Assembly (NCBI GenBank): GCA_014240365.1
Contig: JAAZXC010000001.1
Location: 2,184-66,183 of the forward strand
Direction: 5' to 3'
Length of the DNA: 64,000 nucleotides
Origin: Acidimicrobiales bacterium
Lineage (GTDB): Bacteria > Actinomycetota > Acidimicrobiia > Acidimicrobiales > MedAcidi-G1
Part shown: one piece after another, positions 31,327-41,896 of the stretch
Numbering within the stretch: position 1 is the first letter of the stretch
Layout of the letters: every line of letters starts with the position of its first letter
Program-made: the position numbers and the translations under genes
The notes under the pieces: model-generated
Database searches by the model: none
What the model was told of the DNA's origin: nothing
What the model saw: the letters and a program-made list of their open reading frames with translations, nothing else

Positions 31327-32256
31327 ATGGATTCTCCGCCGGATGCCGAGGCCTGCCACTGGCATCCTGAGAACCGGGCCGGCGTCCGTTGCCAGCGCTG
31401 CGACAGGCGGATCTGCGCCCGCTGCATGCATTCCGCATCGGTCGGATTCCACTGTCCCGAGTGCCTGGCACCCAGGTCCTCCGAGCGGTTCTCTCCTCGT
31501 TCGGCGCCATCGGCAGGAGGGCTGGGGATTCCCACCCGGTCGGGTCGCGACGCCACGAGCGTCATCATCGGCCTGAACCTGGCCGGCTTCGCTCTCATGG
31601 TGCTGGCCGGTGGAACAGGCTCGAGGATCTACAACCGCTTCGCATCCGGCGGTGGGTCGATCACCGGCGACCACGGCCTCCTCGGTGGGTGGGCGCCGTA
31701 CGTCGGCATGGATGCGGTGGTGGGCGTGTCCTCCGGAGAGTGGTGGCGTCTCGTGACCGGCGGGTTCCTCCACGGCGGCCTCCTCCACCTGGTCTTCAAC
31801 ATGTTCCTGCTCTGGATGCTCGGCCAGCAGCTCGAGCAACTGCATGGGCCGGTCCGCTACGTGGGCCTCTACCTGGGTTCGCTGGCGGCCGGTTCGCTGG
31901 GCGTGATGCTCCTGGCGCCTATGTCGTTGACGGTCGGGGCATCGGGTGCCGTGTTCGGCCTGATGGCCGCAACCGTCGTCCACCAGATGCGCCGGGGTGT
32001 GAACCCGTGGCACACCGGCCTGGGTGGCCTGGTGGTTGTCAACCTGGTTTTCACATTCGGTCGCCCCGGGATCAGTATCGGCGGCCACCTTGGTGGCCTG
32101 GTCGGCGGTGCGCTGCTTGCGTGGCTGCTGGATTCATCCGACCGGCGACGGTTCCGGCCCGTCGTGGGTACGTCGGTGCTCTACGGCCTACTGGTGGCCT
32201 TCCTGGCCGCCGGCGTCTTGACGGCTGGGCAGTGGATGGACCCGCTGCTGGTCTGA
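31327..32256 (+). CDS. rhomboid family intramembrane serine protease with N-terminal zinc-finger
   Basis: 309 aa. Catalytic Ser is in GASGAVFGL and catalytic His in GGHLGGLVGG, with a WWRLVTGGFLHGG block. The N-terminus is CHWH...CQRC...CARC...CPEC. Confidence 0.85.
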   Translation: MDSPPDAEACHWHPENRAGVRCQRCDRRICARCMHSASVGFHCPECLAPRSSERFSPRSAPSAGGLGIPTRSGRDATSVIIGLNLAGFALMVLAGGTGSRIYNRFASGGGSITGDHGLLGGWAPYVGMDAVVGVSSGEWWRLVTGGFLHGGLLHLVFNMFLLWMLGQQLEQLHGPVRYVGLYLGSLAAGSLGVMLLAPMSLTVGASGAVFGLMAATVVHQMRRGVNPWHTGLGGLVVVNLVFTFGRPGISIGGHLGGLVGGALLAWLLDSSDRRRFRPVVGTSVLYGLLVAFLAAGVLTAGQWMDPLLV

Positions 32257-32963
32257 TGCCCCGCGTGGGCGACGATCCTGTAATGACAGAGCATGCCGAC
32301 ATTGAGTTCTTCTGGGATCCGATCTGCCCGTACGCATGGCAGACCTCCCGCTGGATCCGCCGCGTTGCGCAGGTGCGGGGCCTGACCGTCAGGTGGCGCT
32401 TCATCAACCTGGCCATCCTGAACGAGGAGCGCTACGACGACGCCAACTCCCTCGAGGGCAAGCGGGCGCCGCATGAGCGGGGCCGTCGGATGCTCCGGGT
32501 GGCCGCCTCGGTCCGCGCAGATGAGGGTGACGCCGCCATGGGAGCGCTCTACGAGGCGTTCGGCGAGACGATGTGGTCCCACGAGTCGGAACCCGGCGCC
32601 CACTTCATGGAGCACGTGGCAACGGCCGGGCACCTCGAGGAGGTGCTCACGAGAGCGGGCTTCGACCCCGGCCATGCCGGGGCAGCCGATGACCTGTCAT
32701 TCGACGACGTGCTGCGTGCAGAGACAGAGGAGGCCGTGGGCCGTACGGGTCGGGACGTCGGCACACCGATCATCACCTTCGGGCCCCCGGATGGGCCGTC
32801 CGTCTTCGGGCCGGTCATCTCGGCGGTGCCCGACACCGATGAGGAGTGCCTCGAGCTCTATGACGCCACCCTCACGCTCTGCCGGTTCTCCACCTTCTCC
32901 GAACTGAAGCGAAGCAACCGGCCGCCGTTGGACCTGCCGGTCCTGGCCAGTCGGGCCGACTGA
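32256..32963 (+). CDS. DsbA-like thioredoxin-fold protein, Rv2466c (mycothiol-dependent reductase) family, CPYA active-site variant
   Basis: ATG 32256 overlaps the rhomboid stop (TGATG); ATG 32283 is an alternative. IEFFWDPICPYAWQTSRWIRRVAQVRGLTVRWRFINLAILNE and VGTPIITFG...FGPVIS resemble Rv2466c as I recall it. Confidence 0.7.
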   Translation: MPRVGDDPVMTEHADIEFFWDPICPYAWQTSRWIRRVAQVRGLTVRWRFINLAILNEERYDDANSLEGKRAPHERGRRMLRVAASVRADEGDAAMGALYEAFGETMWSHESEPGAHFMEHVATAGHLEEVLTRAGFDPGHAGAADDLSFDDVLRAETEEAVGRTGRDVGTPIITFGPPDGPSVFGPVISAVPDTDEECLELYDATLTLCRFSTFSELKRSNRPPLDLPVLASRAD

Positions 32964-32990
32964 ACCCGAGGCGGGTCGGTGCGATCCGGC

Positions 32991-33749
32991 CTACGGCTTT
33001 GACCAGACCGACACGTGGGCGGGCGACCCGTCGTGGAAGGCGGTGCCGTGCCAGTCCTCCCAGCGGTCCTCGAGCCGTAGCCCCGCCGCCGTTGCCATGG
33101 CGTCCATCTGGTCGGGGGCGGCGTAGCGCAGCACGTATGGGAAGAGCCGGTTTCCGGTCTCGGTGATCTCGATGCGCTGGCCGGTGATCGCCTGCTCGCC
33201 TTCGTCGACCTGCACCACGTCCAGCAGGACCCTGTCCAGGCCCACGTGGCGAACCGAGACCCCGTTCTGAGCCTTCTCCGGATCGAACACGAACGCCTCG
33301 GCCACCAGGCGACCGCCCGGCCGCAGGAGCCGGGCCACCGAGGACATGCACGTCGCCTGGGCGTCGGCCGTCGTCAGGTTGAAGAAGGTGTTGAAGCCGA
33401 CGAGGACGACGGCGAACGTGTCATCAGCCAGGCCCGGAGGAGCCGCCATGTCACCCTGCAGGAGGGTCAGGCGCTCCGATCCCGGCTTGGCCCGCAGGCG
33501 ATCCAGCATGGCGCCGGATGCGTCCAGCCCGGTCACGTCAAGGGAGCGGTCGGCCAGCGCCATGGCCAGGCGCCCGGTGCCGACGCCGAGTTCCAGGACC
33601 GGACCGTTCCCAGCGAGGGCCGCCACCCGGTCGGCGACGTCGGTCGGGGTGCCGAACTGGGTGAGGGCCATTTCACCGTCGCCGCTGTACCAGTCGTCGT
33701 ACACCTCGGCGTAGCGGTCTCCGTAGGTGCTCTCGTGGTATCCGTCCAT
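32991..33749 (-). CDS. class I SAM-dependent methyltransferase
   Basis: Start trimmed to ATG 33749 (MDGYHESTYGDRYAEVYDDWY). SAM motif I is VLELGVGTGRLAMALA, then LDASGAML, then LRPGGRL. Confidence 0.8.
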   Translation of the reverse strand: MDGYHESTYGDRYAEVYDDWYSGDGEMALTQFGTPTDVADRVAALAGNGPVLELGVGTGRLAMALADRSLDVTGLDASGAMLDRLRAKPGSERLTLLQGDMAAPPGLADDTFAVVLVGFNTFFNLTTADAQATCMSSVARLLRPGGRLVAEAFVFDPEKAQNGVSVRHVGLDRVLLDVVQVDEGEQAITGQRIEITETGNRLFPYVLRYAAPDQMDAMATAAGLRLEDRWEDWHGTAFHDGSPAHVSVWSKP

Positions 33750-33809
33750 GGTGGCAGTCTGACCTGGGTCGGTGGGGCTGCCAACCGGCTGGGTCGTAGC
33801 CTCGGACCC

Positions 33810-34964
33810 ATGGATGGCGTCTACCTGGACCATGCGGCCAGCACGCCGGCCCGCCCAGAGGTGGTCGAGGCGATGCTGCCGTGGCTGGCCGAGAACCCCG
33901 GGAACCCATCGGGTTCCCATGCAGTGGCGCGCTCCGCCCGACGCGCCATTGACGATGCACGTGACCTCGTGGCCGCCCTCGTGGGCGCACAGCCGGGCGA
34001 GGTGGTTTTCACGAGCGGCGGCACGGAAGCCGACAACCTGGCCGTGGACGGCGTGGTGCGTTCCACCGGCTGCCTGCCCGTGTGCAGCGCTGTCGAGCAT
34101 CCCGCGGTGCTGGCCCCGGTGGCCGATGCGGGTGGCATCGTGGTTTCGACCGATGAGGGTGGTCGGATAGACCTCGGAGCCCTGGCCGAGGTCCTTTCCT
34201 CGGTGGACGGGATCGGGCTGGTGTCAGTGATGCTGGCCAACAACGAGACCGGGGTGGTCAACGACCTGGAATCTGTCGCTGCGCTGCTGGCCGAGACCGC
34301 CCCCGATGCGGTACTCCATACCGATGCCGTGCAGGCCGTTGCCTGGATGGATCTCACGGAGGCCTGTCGGAGCGCAGGACTTGTCAGCCTGACCGGCCAC
34401 AAGTTCGGCGGACCGAAAGGGGCCGGCGCCCTGGTCGTGCGATCCGGCGTGCCGTTGGCTCCCGTCCTGCGCGGCGGCGGCCAGGAGCGCGAACGGCGCA
34501 GCGGCACGCAGAACGTGCCTGCCATCGTGGGTCTCGGCGAGGCGGCCCGCCTCGTGATGGCGGATCGCTCTGCCACGCTGCAGCGTGTGGGCGCACTCAG
34601 GGACCGTCTCGAGGCCGGTCTGCTGGCTGCCGTGTCGGGCAGTCACACAACCGTCCCCGTCGGCACACCCCGTACGCCGGGGGTGGCCCACCTCTGGTTC
34701 GATGGCATCGAGAGCGAGTCCCTGCTCTTCCTGATGGAACGCGATGGGATATCGGCCAGTGCCGGATCGTCGTGTGCCAGCGGGGCTCAGGAGCCAAGCC
34801 ACGTGCTGGCCGCCATGGGCGTCGGGCGGGGCTCGGCGCTGGGATCCCTGCGGCTCTCGCTGGGCCACGCCTCTGATGACGGTGACGTGGACCACGCCCT
34901 GGCGGTGATCCCGTCGGCGGTGTCCAGGCTCCGCCGGCACGACCCTGTCGGTGGACCGACATGA
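33810..34964 (+). CDS. iscS: cysteine desulfurase (NifS/IscS family)
   Basis: Start trimmed to ATG 33810 (MDGVYLDHAASTP). Motifs are FTSGGTEADN, the PLP-lysine block SLTGHKFGGPKGAGAL and the catalytic loop SAGSSCASG. 4-nt overlap with mnmA. Confidence 0.9.
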   Translation: MDGVYLDHAASTPARPEVVEAMLPWLAENPGNPSGSHAVARSARRAIDDARDLVAALVGAQPGEVVFTSGGTEADNLAVDGVVRSTGCLPVCSAVEHPAVLAPVADAGGIVVSTDEGGRIDLGALAEVLSSVDGIGLVSVMLANNETGVVNDLESVAALLAETAPDAVLHTDAVQAVAWMDLTEACRSAGLVSLTGHKFGGPKGAGALVVRSGVPLAPVLRGGGQERERRSGTQNVPAIVGLGEAARLVMADRSATLQRVGALRDRLEAGLLAAVSGSHTTVPVGTPRTPGVAHLWFDGIESESLLFLMERDGISASAGSSCASGAQEPSHVLAAMGVGRGSALGSLRLSLGHASDDGDVDHALAVIPSAVSRLRRHDPVGGPT

Positions 34965-36013
34965 CCGCCCGGACCGGACCGACACGGGTGATGGTGGCCA
35001 TGTCGGGCGGGGTTGACTCCTCGGTGGCAGCGGCGCTCCTGCTGGAGGCCGGGTACGAGGTCGTCGGCGTGACCCTCCGACTCTGGGGCGGCGAGTCGGA
35101 TTCAGGCTGCTGTGCCGTGTCGGACGTGGATGATGCGAGACGTGTGGCCGACGCCCTCGGCATCGACCACCACGTCTTCAACCTGGGTGATCACTTCGAT
35201 GCGATGGTCGTGGGCCCATATGTGGCCGACCATGCGGCCGGCAGGACCCCGAACCCGTGCATCGAGTGCAATCGTCATGTCAAGTTCGGTCGTCTCATGG
35301 ATCGTGCCGGAGCGTTGGGCTTCGGGCTGCTGGCCACTGGCCACCATGCCCGCGTGGTGCAGAGGCCCGACGGCACGCGCCGTATCGCGCGGGCCGCTGA
35401 TGCCGGCAAGGACCAGTCATACGTCCTGAACATGTTGGACCAGGACCAGTTGGCCGGCCTGATCCTGCCGATCGGCGACCTGACGAAGGCCGAGGTACGC
35501 CGCCGGGCGACCGCCCTGGGCCTCCGGACGGCGGACAAGCCCGACAGCCAGGACGTCTGCTTCATCACCCGCCAGCACGGCCGGGAGGACTTCCTGGGCC
35601 GGCGCATCGCCGTCACGCCCGGTCGGGTGCTGGACGGATCCGGCGCCGAGGTGGGCTCTGTGTCCGCCGTCGAACTGGTGACCATCGGGCAGCGACGTGG
35701 AATGGCCCTGGCTGGGGGAGTCGGACCGCGTTTCGCTGTGGACGTGGACGTGGCCGGCGCAACGGTGACGGTCGGACCGGTTGGGGACCTCATGGTTGAC
35801 ACCACGCCGGTGGAGTCCTTCTCGTGGGCGGATGCTCCGGTGGACGGGATGGTCCTCGTGCAGACCAGCGCCCACGGTTCGAGCGATCCGGCTGTGCTGG
35901 ACGGTGACGTGGTGCGCTGGTCGGAGCCCCACATGAAGGTGGCGCCCGGCCAGAGTGTCGTGTTCTACGACGGTGACGAGGTCCTGGGCGGTTCCATTGC
36001 CCGCCGGGCCTGA
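34961..36013 (+). CDS. mnmA: tRNA 2-thiouridine(34) synthase
   Basis: 350 aa. PP-loop is VAMSGGVDSSVAA, plus NPCIECNRHVKF and DQSYVL motifs. Confidence 0.9.
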   Translation: MTARTGPTRVMVAMSGGVDSSVAAALLLEAGYEVVGVTLRLWGGESDSGCCAVSDVDDARRVADALGIDHHVFNLGDHFDAMVVGPYVADHAAGRTPNPCIECNRHVKFGRLMDRAGALGFGLLATGHHARVVQRPDGTRRIARAADAGKDQSYVLNMLDQDQLAGLILPIGDLTKAEVRRRATALGLRTADKPDSQDVCFITRQHGREDFLGRRIAVTPGRVLDGSGAEVGSVSAVELVTIGQRRGMALAGGVGPRFAVDVDVAGATVTVGPVGDLMVDTTPVESFSWADAPVDGMVLVQTSAHGSSDPAVLDGDVVRWSEPHMKVAPGQSVVFYDGDEVLGGSIARRA

Positions 36014-36029
36014 ACCGCTCAGTCGCCGG

Positions 36030-36983
36030 TCAGCGGACGGGTAGCAGCCGTTGGGCTGCGGCGGCCAGCACCACGTCGGGTCGCAACGGCGAGCAGAGGA
36101 AGGCGTCTATCGAACGCACCTCCACGGCTCGTCCACCTGTGGAGCGCCGGCTGGCCGGGAGCACGTCGTGGGGTTCGCGGCACATGACCTCCAGGGCCAG
36201 GCCACGGGCCTGCTGCGTGAGATCCAGCGCATTGGTGTCCACCGGTGCCGCCCTGATCCACAACAGGCCTGCGCGCTGCAGCAGGGTCGGCTCGGCCAGC
36301 GCCAGGTAGTCGTGGAGTACGAACCCTGCGGGCACGAGCACGATCCACCGGCGCGACAGTCGGTGGAGTGCCCGTATGGCTGCGGCTGCCGCCGGCACAC
36401 CCACGATGGTGGCGATGGCTCCGGTCACCCAGCGTCCGTAGAGCAGCAGCATCGGCCCCAGGGAAATACCGCTGATGGCCACTGCGGTGGCCAGTGGGCC
36501 GAGCACCAGCACAACGGGACCCGGTGCCCGGAGTCCGAAGCGTCGTTCGTCGCCGTAGGAGGCGCCGTCCACGAACCGGTCGGCCACAGGTGCCGAGAAG
36601 GCGGTCGTCACCACCGCCGTGGCGATGAGTAGCCCGGGCAGCGTGGAGATGGCCCCGTCACCGGCCGAGGCGCTCCAGGCCGCTACGACGCCAACCGCAG
36701 GGGCGCCCAGCCGCAGGGCCGTCAGGGTCACCGGCAGCGGGATCAGCGTGGCCGTCAGGCCGATGGCCCAGAGGACCCAGAGGGTCACCGATGCCAGTGA
36801 GCGGGGGCCGGTGGAGATGTCGTGCAGGGCGTCGGCCACGGCCGGCCCGAGCGCCACCGGCAGCACCAGCCATGCGCCCCGGAGGCCGGTCATGACGGCG
36901 TGTTCGCTGCGTCGACCCGGGACCCGGACATCGGCGACCTTCTGCGGGGTCGTGCTGTCTGTACGGGAGGTGCGTGCCACCAC
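36030..36983 (-). CDS. hypothetical integral membrane protein
   Basis: 317 aa with about 6 hydrophobic helices and then a soluble C-terminal segment. The real start may be the internal ATG 36893 (MTGLRGAWLVLPV). No family recognised. Confidence 0.55.
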   Translation of the reverse strand: MVARTSRTDSTTPQKVADVRVPGRRSEHAVMTGLRGAWLVLPVALGPAVADALHDISTGPRSLASVTLWVLWAIGLTATLIPLPVTLTALRLGAPAVGVVAAWSASAGDGAISTLPGLLIATAVVTTAFSAPVADRFVDGASYGDERRFGLRAPGPVVLVLGPLATAVAISGISLGPMLLLYGRWVTGAIATIVGVPAAAAAIRALHRLSRRWIVLVPAGFVLHDYLALAEPTLLQRAGLLWIRAAPVDTNALDLTQQARGLALEVMCREPHDVLPASRRSTGGRAVEVRSIDAFLCSPLRPDVVLAAAAQRLLPVR

Positions 36984-37068
36984 CTCAGGTTACGGGCCGT
37001 GGGATCCACCTACAGGCCGTCGGTTCCGGGCACCCGTCGGCCCGGAGGGTGAATCGGGCTACCGGTAG

Positions 37069-39117
<2,049 letters not shown>

Positions 39118-39145
39118 GGCAGGGGCGACAGGTCTGGTTTCCTGC

Positions 39146-39559
39146 TCAGCCGTCCACCCGGAAGCACCAGTCGATGGTGGCGGTGCGGTCAGGGTTGCGG
39201 ACCGGCCAGTAGCGGACGGTGGTGCATACGTCCTGGGCCGGCAGGCGGTCCAGGACGAGGCCCTTGTCGGGCCGGAAGATGACCGAGTTGAGGGCCTGCT
39301 GGATCCGCTGCTGGTCCAGCGGTATGGCCGTTCCGCCGATGTGGAGGATCTAGCCGGCCCATCCGGCGGTCAGGATCGCACCGACGTTGGCCTGGGGTAG
39401 GACGGTGTCGCCACGGGGGGGCAGCAGCTCGCTGATGGCCGGGTTCGTGTCGACGGACACGTCGCCGGGATTCCGGGTGGGCAGCAGGGCGGTCAGGACC
39501 AGTATTCCCACGCCCACGCCCATCATCACGCTGATCACGAGGGCATTGCGGCGGGTCAC
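39146..39559 (-). pseudogene. small membrane-anchored protein ORF interrupted by one in-frame TAG (39350-39352): pseudogene, assembly error or read-through candidate
   Basis: GTG 39559 starts a 69-codon ORF with an N-terminal TM helix (ALVISVMMGVGVGILVLTALL). After the TAG the same frame continues for 67 more codons (ILHIGGTAIPLDQQRIQQALNSVIFRPDKGLVLDRLPAQDVCTTVRYWPVRNPDRTATIDWCFRVDG). That segment has strongly coding GC3 and no internal start codon. Confidence 0.5.
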
Positions 39560-39602
39560 CGGTGCAGGTTATCCACGGGGTCGGTACGGGTAGTCTCAGG
39601 GG

Positions 39603-41573
39603 GTGACCGACGGACCGTTCGGGGATGATCCCCGGTTCTCCGCCAACGCCCCCACTCGAGCATCGGGGTCGACTGGCGCCCAGAGGCAGGCCATGGGCGG
39701 CCGCCTGCTCGGCGGGCGGTACCGGCTGGGCGAGGCCATCGGAACCGGCGGTTCCGGCACCGTCTACCTGGCCGACGACCTCTCCCTCGGTCGCCAGGTC
39801 GCCGTCAAGGTCCTGCACTCGTCCCTTGTGGGTGACGAGGCGTTCGTGGAACGGTTCCGGAGCGAGGCCCGCCTGGTGGCGTCGCTGGCCGATCCCAACG
39901 TGGTTTCCATATTCGACTGGGGGGTCGACGGACAGGCCTATCTGGTGACCGAGTACCTCGGCGGCGGCAGCCTCAGGAGCATTCTCTCGGCGGGCCGCAC
40001 CCTCACCCCATCCCAGATGCTGATGGTTTCCCTCGAGGCCTGCCGGGCCCTGGACCACGCCCACAGGCAGGGCATCGTCCACCGGGACGTGAAGCCCGCC
40101 AACCTGCTGTTCGGCCAGGACGGACGCCTCCGCATCGCCGACTTCGGGCTGGCCGAGGCGCTCACCGGGGCGGCGAGCCGTGAGCTGTACGGCGGTGGAG
40201 GGGTAATCGGGACCGCCCGCTACGCCTCGCCGGAACAGGCCAGCGGAGCAGTCCTGGACGGGCGATCCGACGTCTACGCACTGGCTCTCTGCATGGTCGA
40301 GGGAGTCACCGGCCACCTCCCGTTCGTGGCCGAGACCCTGGAGGGCACCCTGAATGCCCGCATCGGTCAGGACGTGCCCATCCCCGACGCCCTCGGACCG
40401 CTGGTCCCCGTAGTTGCCCACGCCGGTGCAGCCGACCCGGAGAACCGTCCCACAGCGCGCGAGCTGGGACGCATGCTGCTCGACATCGCCGGACGCATGG
40501 CACGACCCGAGCCGCTTCCGCTGGTCGGTCCCGGTGAGGTCGGAGCAGCCCCGATGCCCGGTGAGTCCGACAGGGTCGCACCGACCGTGTTCCCGTCCCA
40601 GCCGGTGACGCCGATTGCTCCATCACGCGCCTCGCAGAGACCGGTCGGTCCCCGCCGTCGATGGACCGGCATTGTCCTGGCCGGCCTCCTGGTGGTGGGA
40701 ACCGTCGTGGGCGGCCTGCTCGTCCGAGAGGCCGGTAGGCCCACCCAGCGGGCCCTGCCGAGCCTCGTGGGTTCCTCGGGCGACAGCGCCCGATCGCTGC
40801 TGACCGAGCTGGGCTGGACCGTCGAGAGGCGTGACGTCAGACGCAACGGCACCAGTATCGGCGAGGTGCTGGACATGCAACCGGTGGCCGGGACACGCCT
40901 GACGGCGGGCGAAACGGTCCTGCTCGAGGTCTCCCTCGGATCTGAACGCCTGGCTGTACCGGTCGGCCTGGTCGGTGTGAGCCTGTCGGAGGCCGGTCGG
41001 ATGCTTGCCGACGTCGGCCTGGTCACTGGAGAGGTGACCGGAGTGAACAGTGAGGACGTGGCGGCTGGTCTGGTCGTGGAGGTCCTGACGGTGGCTGACA
41101 CCGTCCCGCTCGGCGACGCAGTCGACCTCCTGGTCTCGGATGGGCCCCTTCCCCGATTCGTGCCCCAGGGCCTGGTCGGGCTGATGCCGGCTGACGTGGT
41201 GGCCGAGCTGATCGCCATCCGGCTGGCTCCGACCATGGGTCAGGAGCACGACGAGTGGGTGGCGGCAGGTCGTGTCTTGAGGCTGGAGCCGGTTGCCGGC
41301 ACGCAGGTGCAGGTGGGCGACGACGTCCGGGTCGTGGTCTCCCTCGGCGCACCTGAGCGGGCCATTCCAGCACTCGTCGGGTTGCCCCTGGCGGCGGCCG
41401 AGAGCCGGCTTCAGGTGGCGGGGTTCCGCAACGTGGTGGTCGAGGGACTACCCGTGTCCACCGATGGGACGCCGATCGACCGGGCAGGTCTGGTGGTCCT
41501 GTCCCAGGATCCACTTCCGCCCAGGCGTTCCCTGTCCGACGTCGAGGTCACCCTCGTCGTCGGCGCCGGTTGA
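39603..41573 (+). CDS. Ser/Thr protein kinase with four extracellular PASTA repeats (PknB-like)
   Basis: 656 aa. Hanks kinase motifs are GTGGSGTVY, VAVK, HRDVKPANLL, DFGLA and YASPEQ. One TM helix (IVLAGLLVVGTVVGGLLV). Four ~65-aa repeats end in ...VSLG, ...LVSDG, ...VVSLG and ...LVVG. Confidence 0.9.
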   Translation: MTDGPFGDDPRFSANAPTRASGSTGAQRQAMGGRLLGGRYRLGEAIGTGGSGTVYLADDLSLGRQVAVKVLHSSLVGDEAFVERFRSEARLVASLADPNVVSIFDWGVDGQAYLVTEYLGGGSLRSILSAGRTLTPSQMLMVSLEACRALDHAHRQGIVHRDVKPANLLFGQDGRLRIADFGLAEALTGAASRELYGGGGVIGTARYASPEQASGAVLDGRSDVYALALCMVEGVTGHLPFVAETLEGTLNARIGQDVPIPDALGPLVPVVAHAGAADPENRPTARELGRMLLDIAGRMARPEPLPLVGPGEVGAAPMPGESDRVAPTVFPSQPVTPIAPSRASQRPVGPRRRWTGIVLAGLLVVGTVVGGLLVREAGRPTQRALPSLVGSSGDSARSLLTELGWTVERRDVRRNGTSIGEVLDMQPVAGTRLTAGETVLLEVSLGSERLAVPVGLVGVSLSEAGRMLADVGLVTGEVTGVNSEDVAAGLVVEVLTVADTVPLGDAVDLLVSDGPLPRFVPQGLVGLMPADVVAELIAIRLAPTMGQEHDEWVAAGRVLRLEPVAGTQVQVGDDVRVVVSLGAPERAIPALVGLPLAAAESRLQVAGFRNVVVEGLPVSTDGTPIDRAGLVVLSQDPLPPRRSLSDVEVTLVVGAG

Positions 41574-41593
41574 GCCCGTAGCGTGACCGCCCG

Positions 41594-41896
41594 ATGACTG
41601 AACGGATCACACCCCGAGACGTTGCCCACGTGGCTGAGCTGGCCAGGCTCTCGCTGACCGACGACGAGCTGGAGGCCTTCACCGTCCAGTTGGCTGACAT
41701 CCTGGACCACGCTGCGGATCTCGACGCCCTGGACCTCGCCGACGTGGCGCCCACCGCCCACCCGTTGTCGTTGGTCAACGTCTTCAGGGCCGATGTGATC
41801 GGCCCGACCAGCGACCGCGACGAGGTGCTGGCAGCGGCGCCCGAGGTCGAGGACGCGCAGTTCAAGGTGCCGCCGGTGCTGGGGGAGAGCCGGTGA
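41594..41896 (+). CDS. gatC: Asp-tRNA(Asn)/Glu-tRNA(Gln) amidotransferase subunit C
   Basis: 100 aa, beginning [24 protein letters not shown] overlap with gatA. Confidence 0.9.
   Translation: MTERITPRDVAHVAELARLSLTDDELEAFTVQLADILDHAADLDALDLADVAPTAHPLSLVNVFRADVIGPTSDRDEVLAAAPEVEDAQFKVPPVLGESR

Noticed and set aside
39350-39352. The in-frame TAG as a pyrrolysine codon.
   Set aside because: There are no pyl genes or methylamine methyltransferase context. TAG terminates other genes in the window normally (fadD-like, atpB). Pyrrolysine is not expected in this lineage. It is treated as a nonsense mutation, error or read-through candidate instead.
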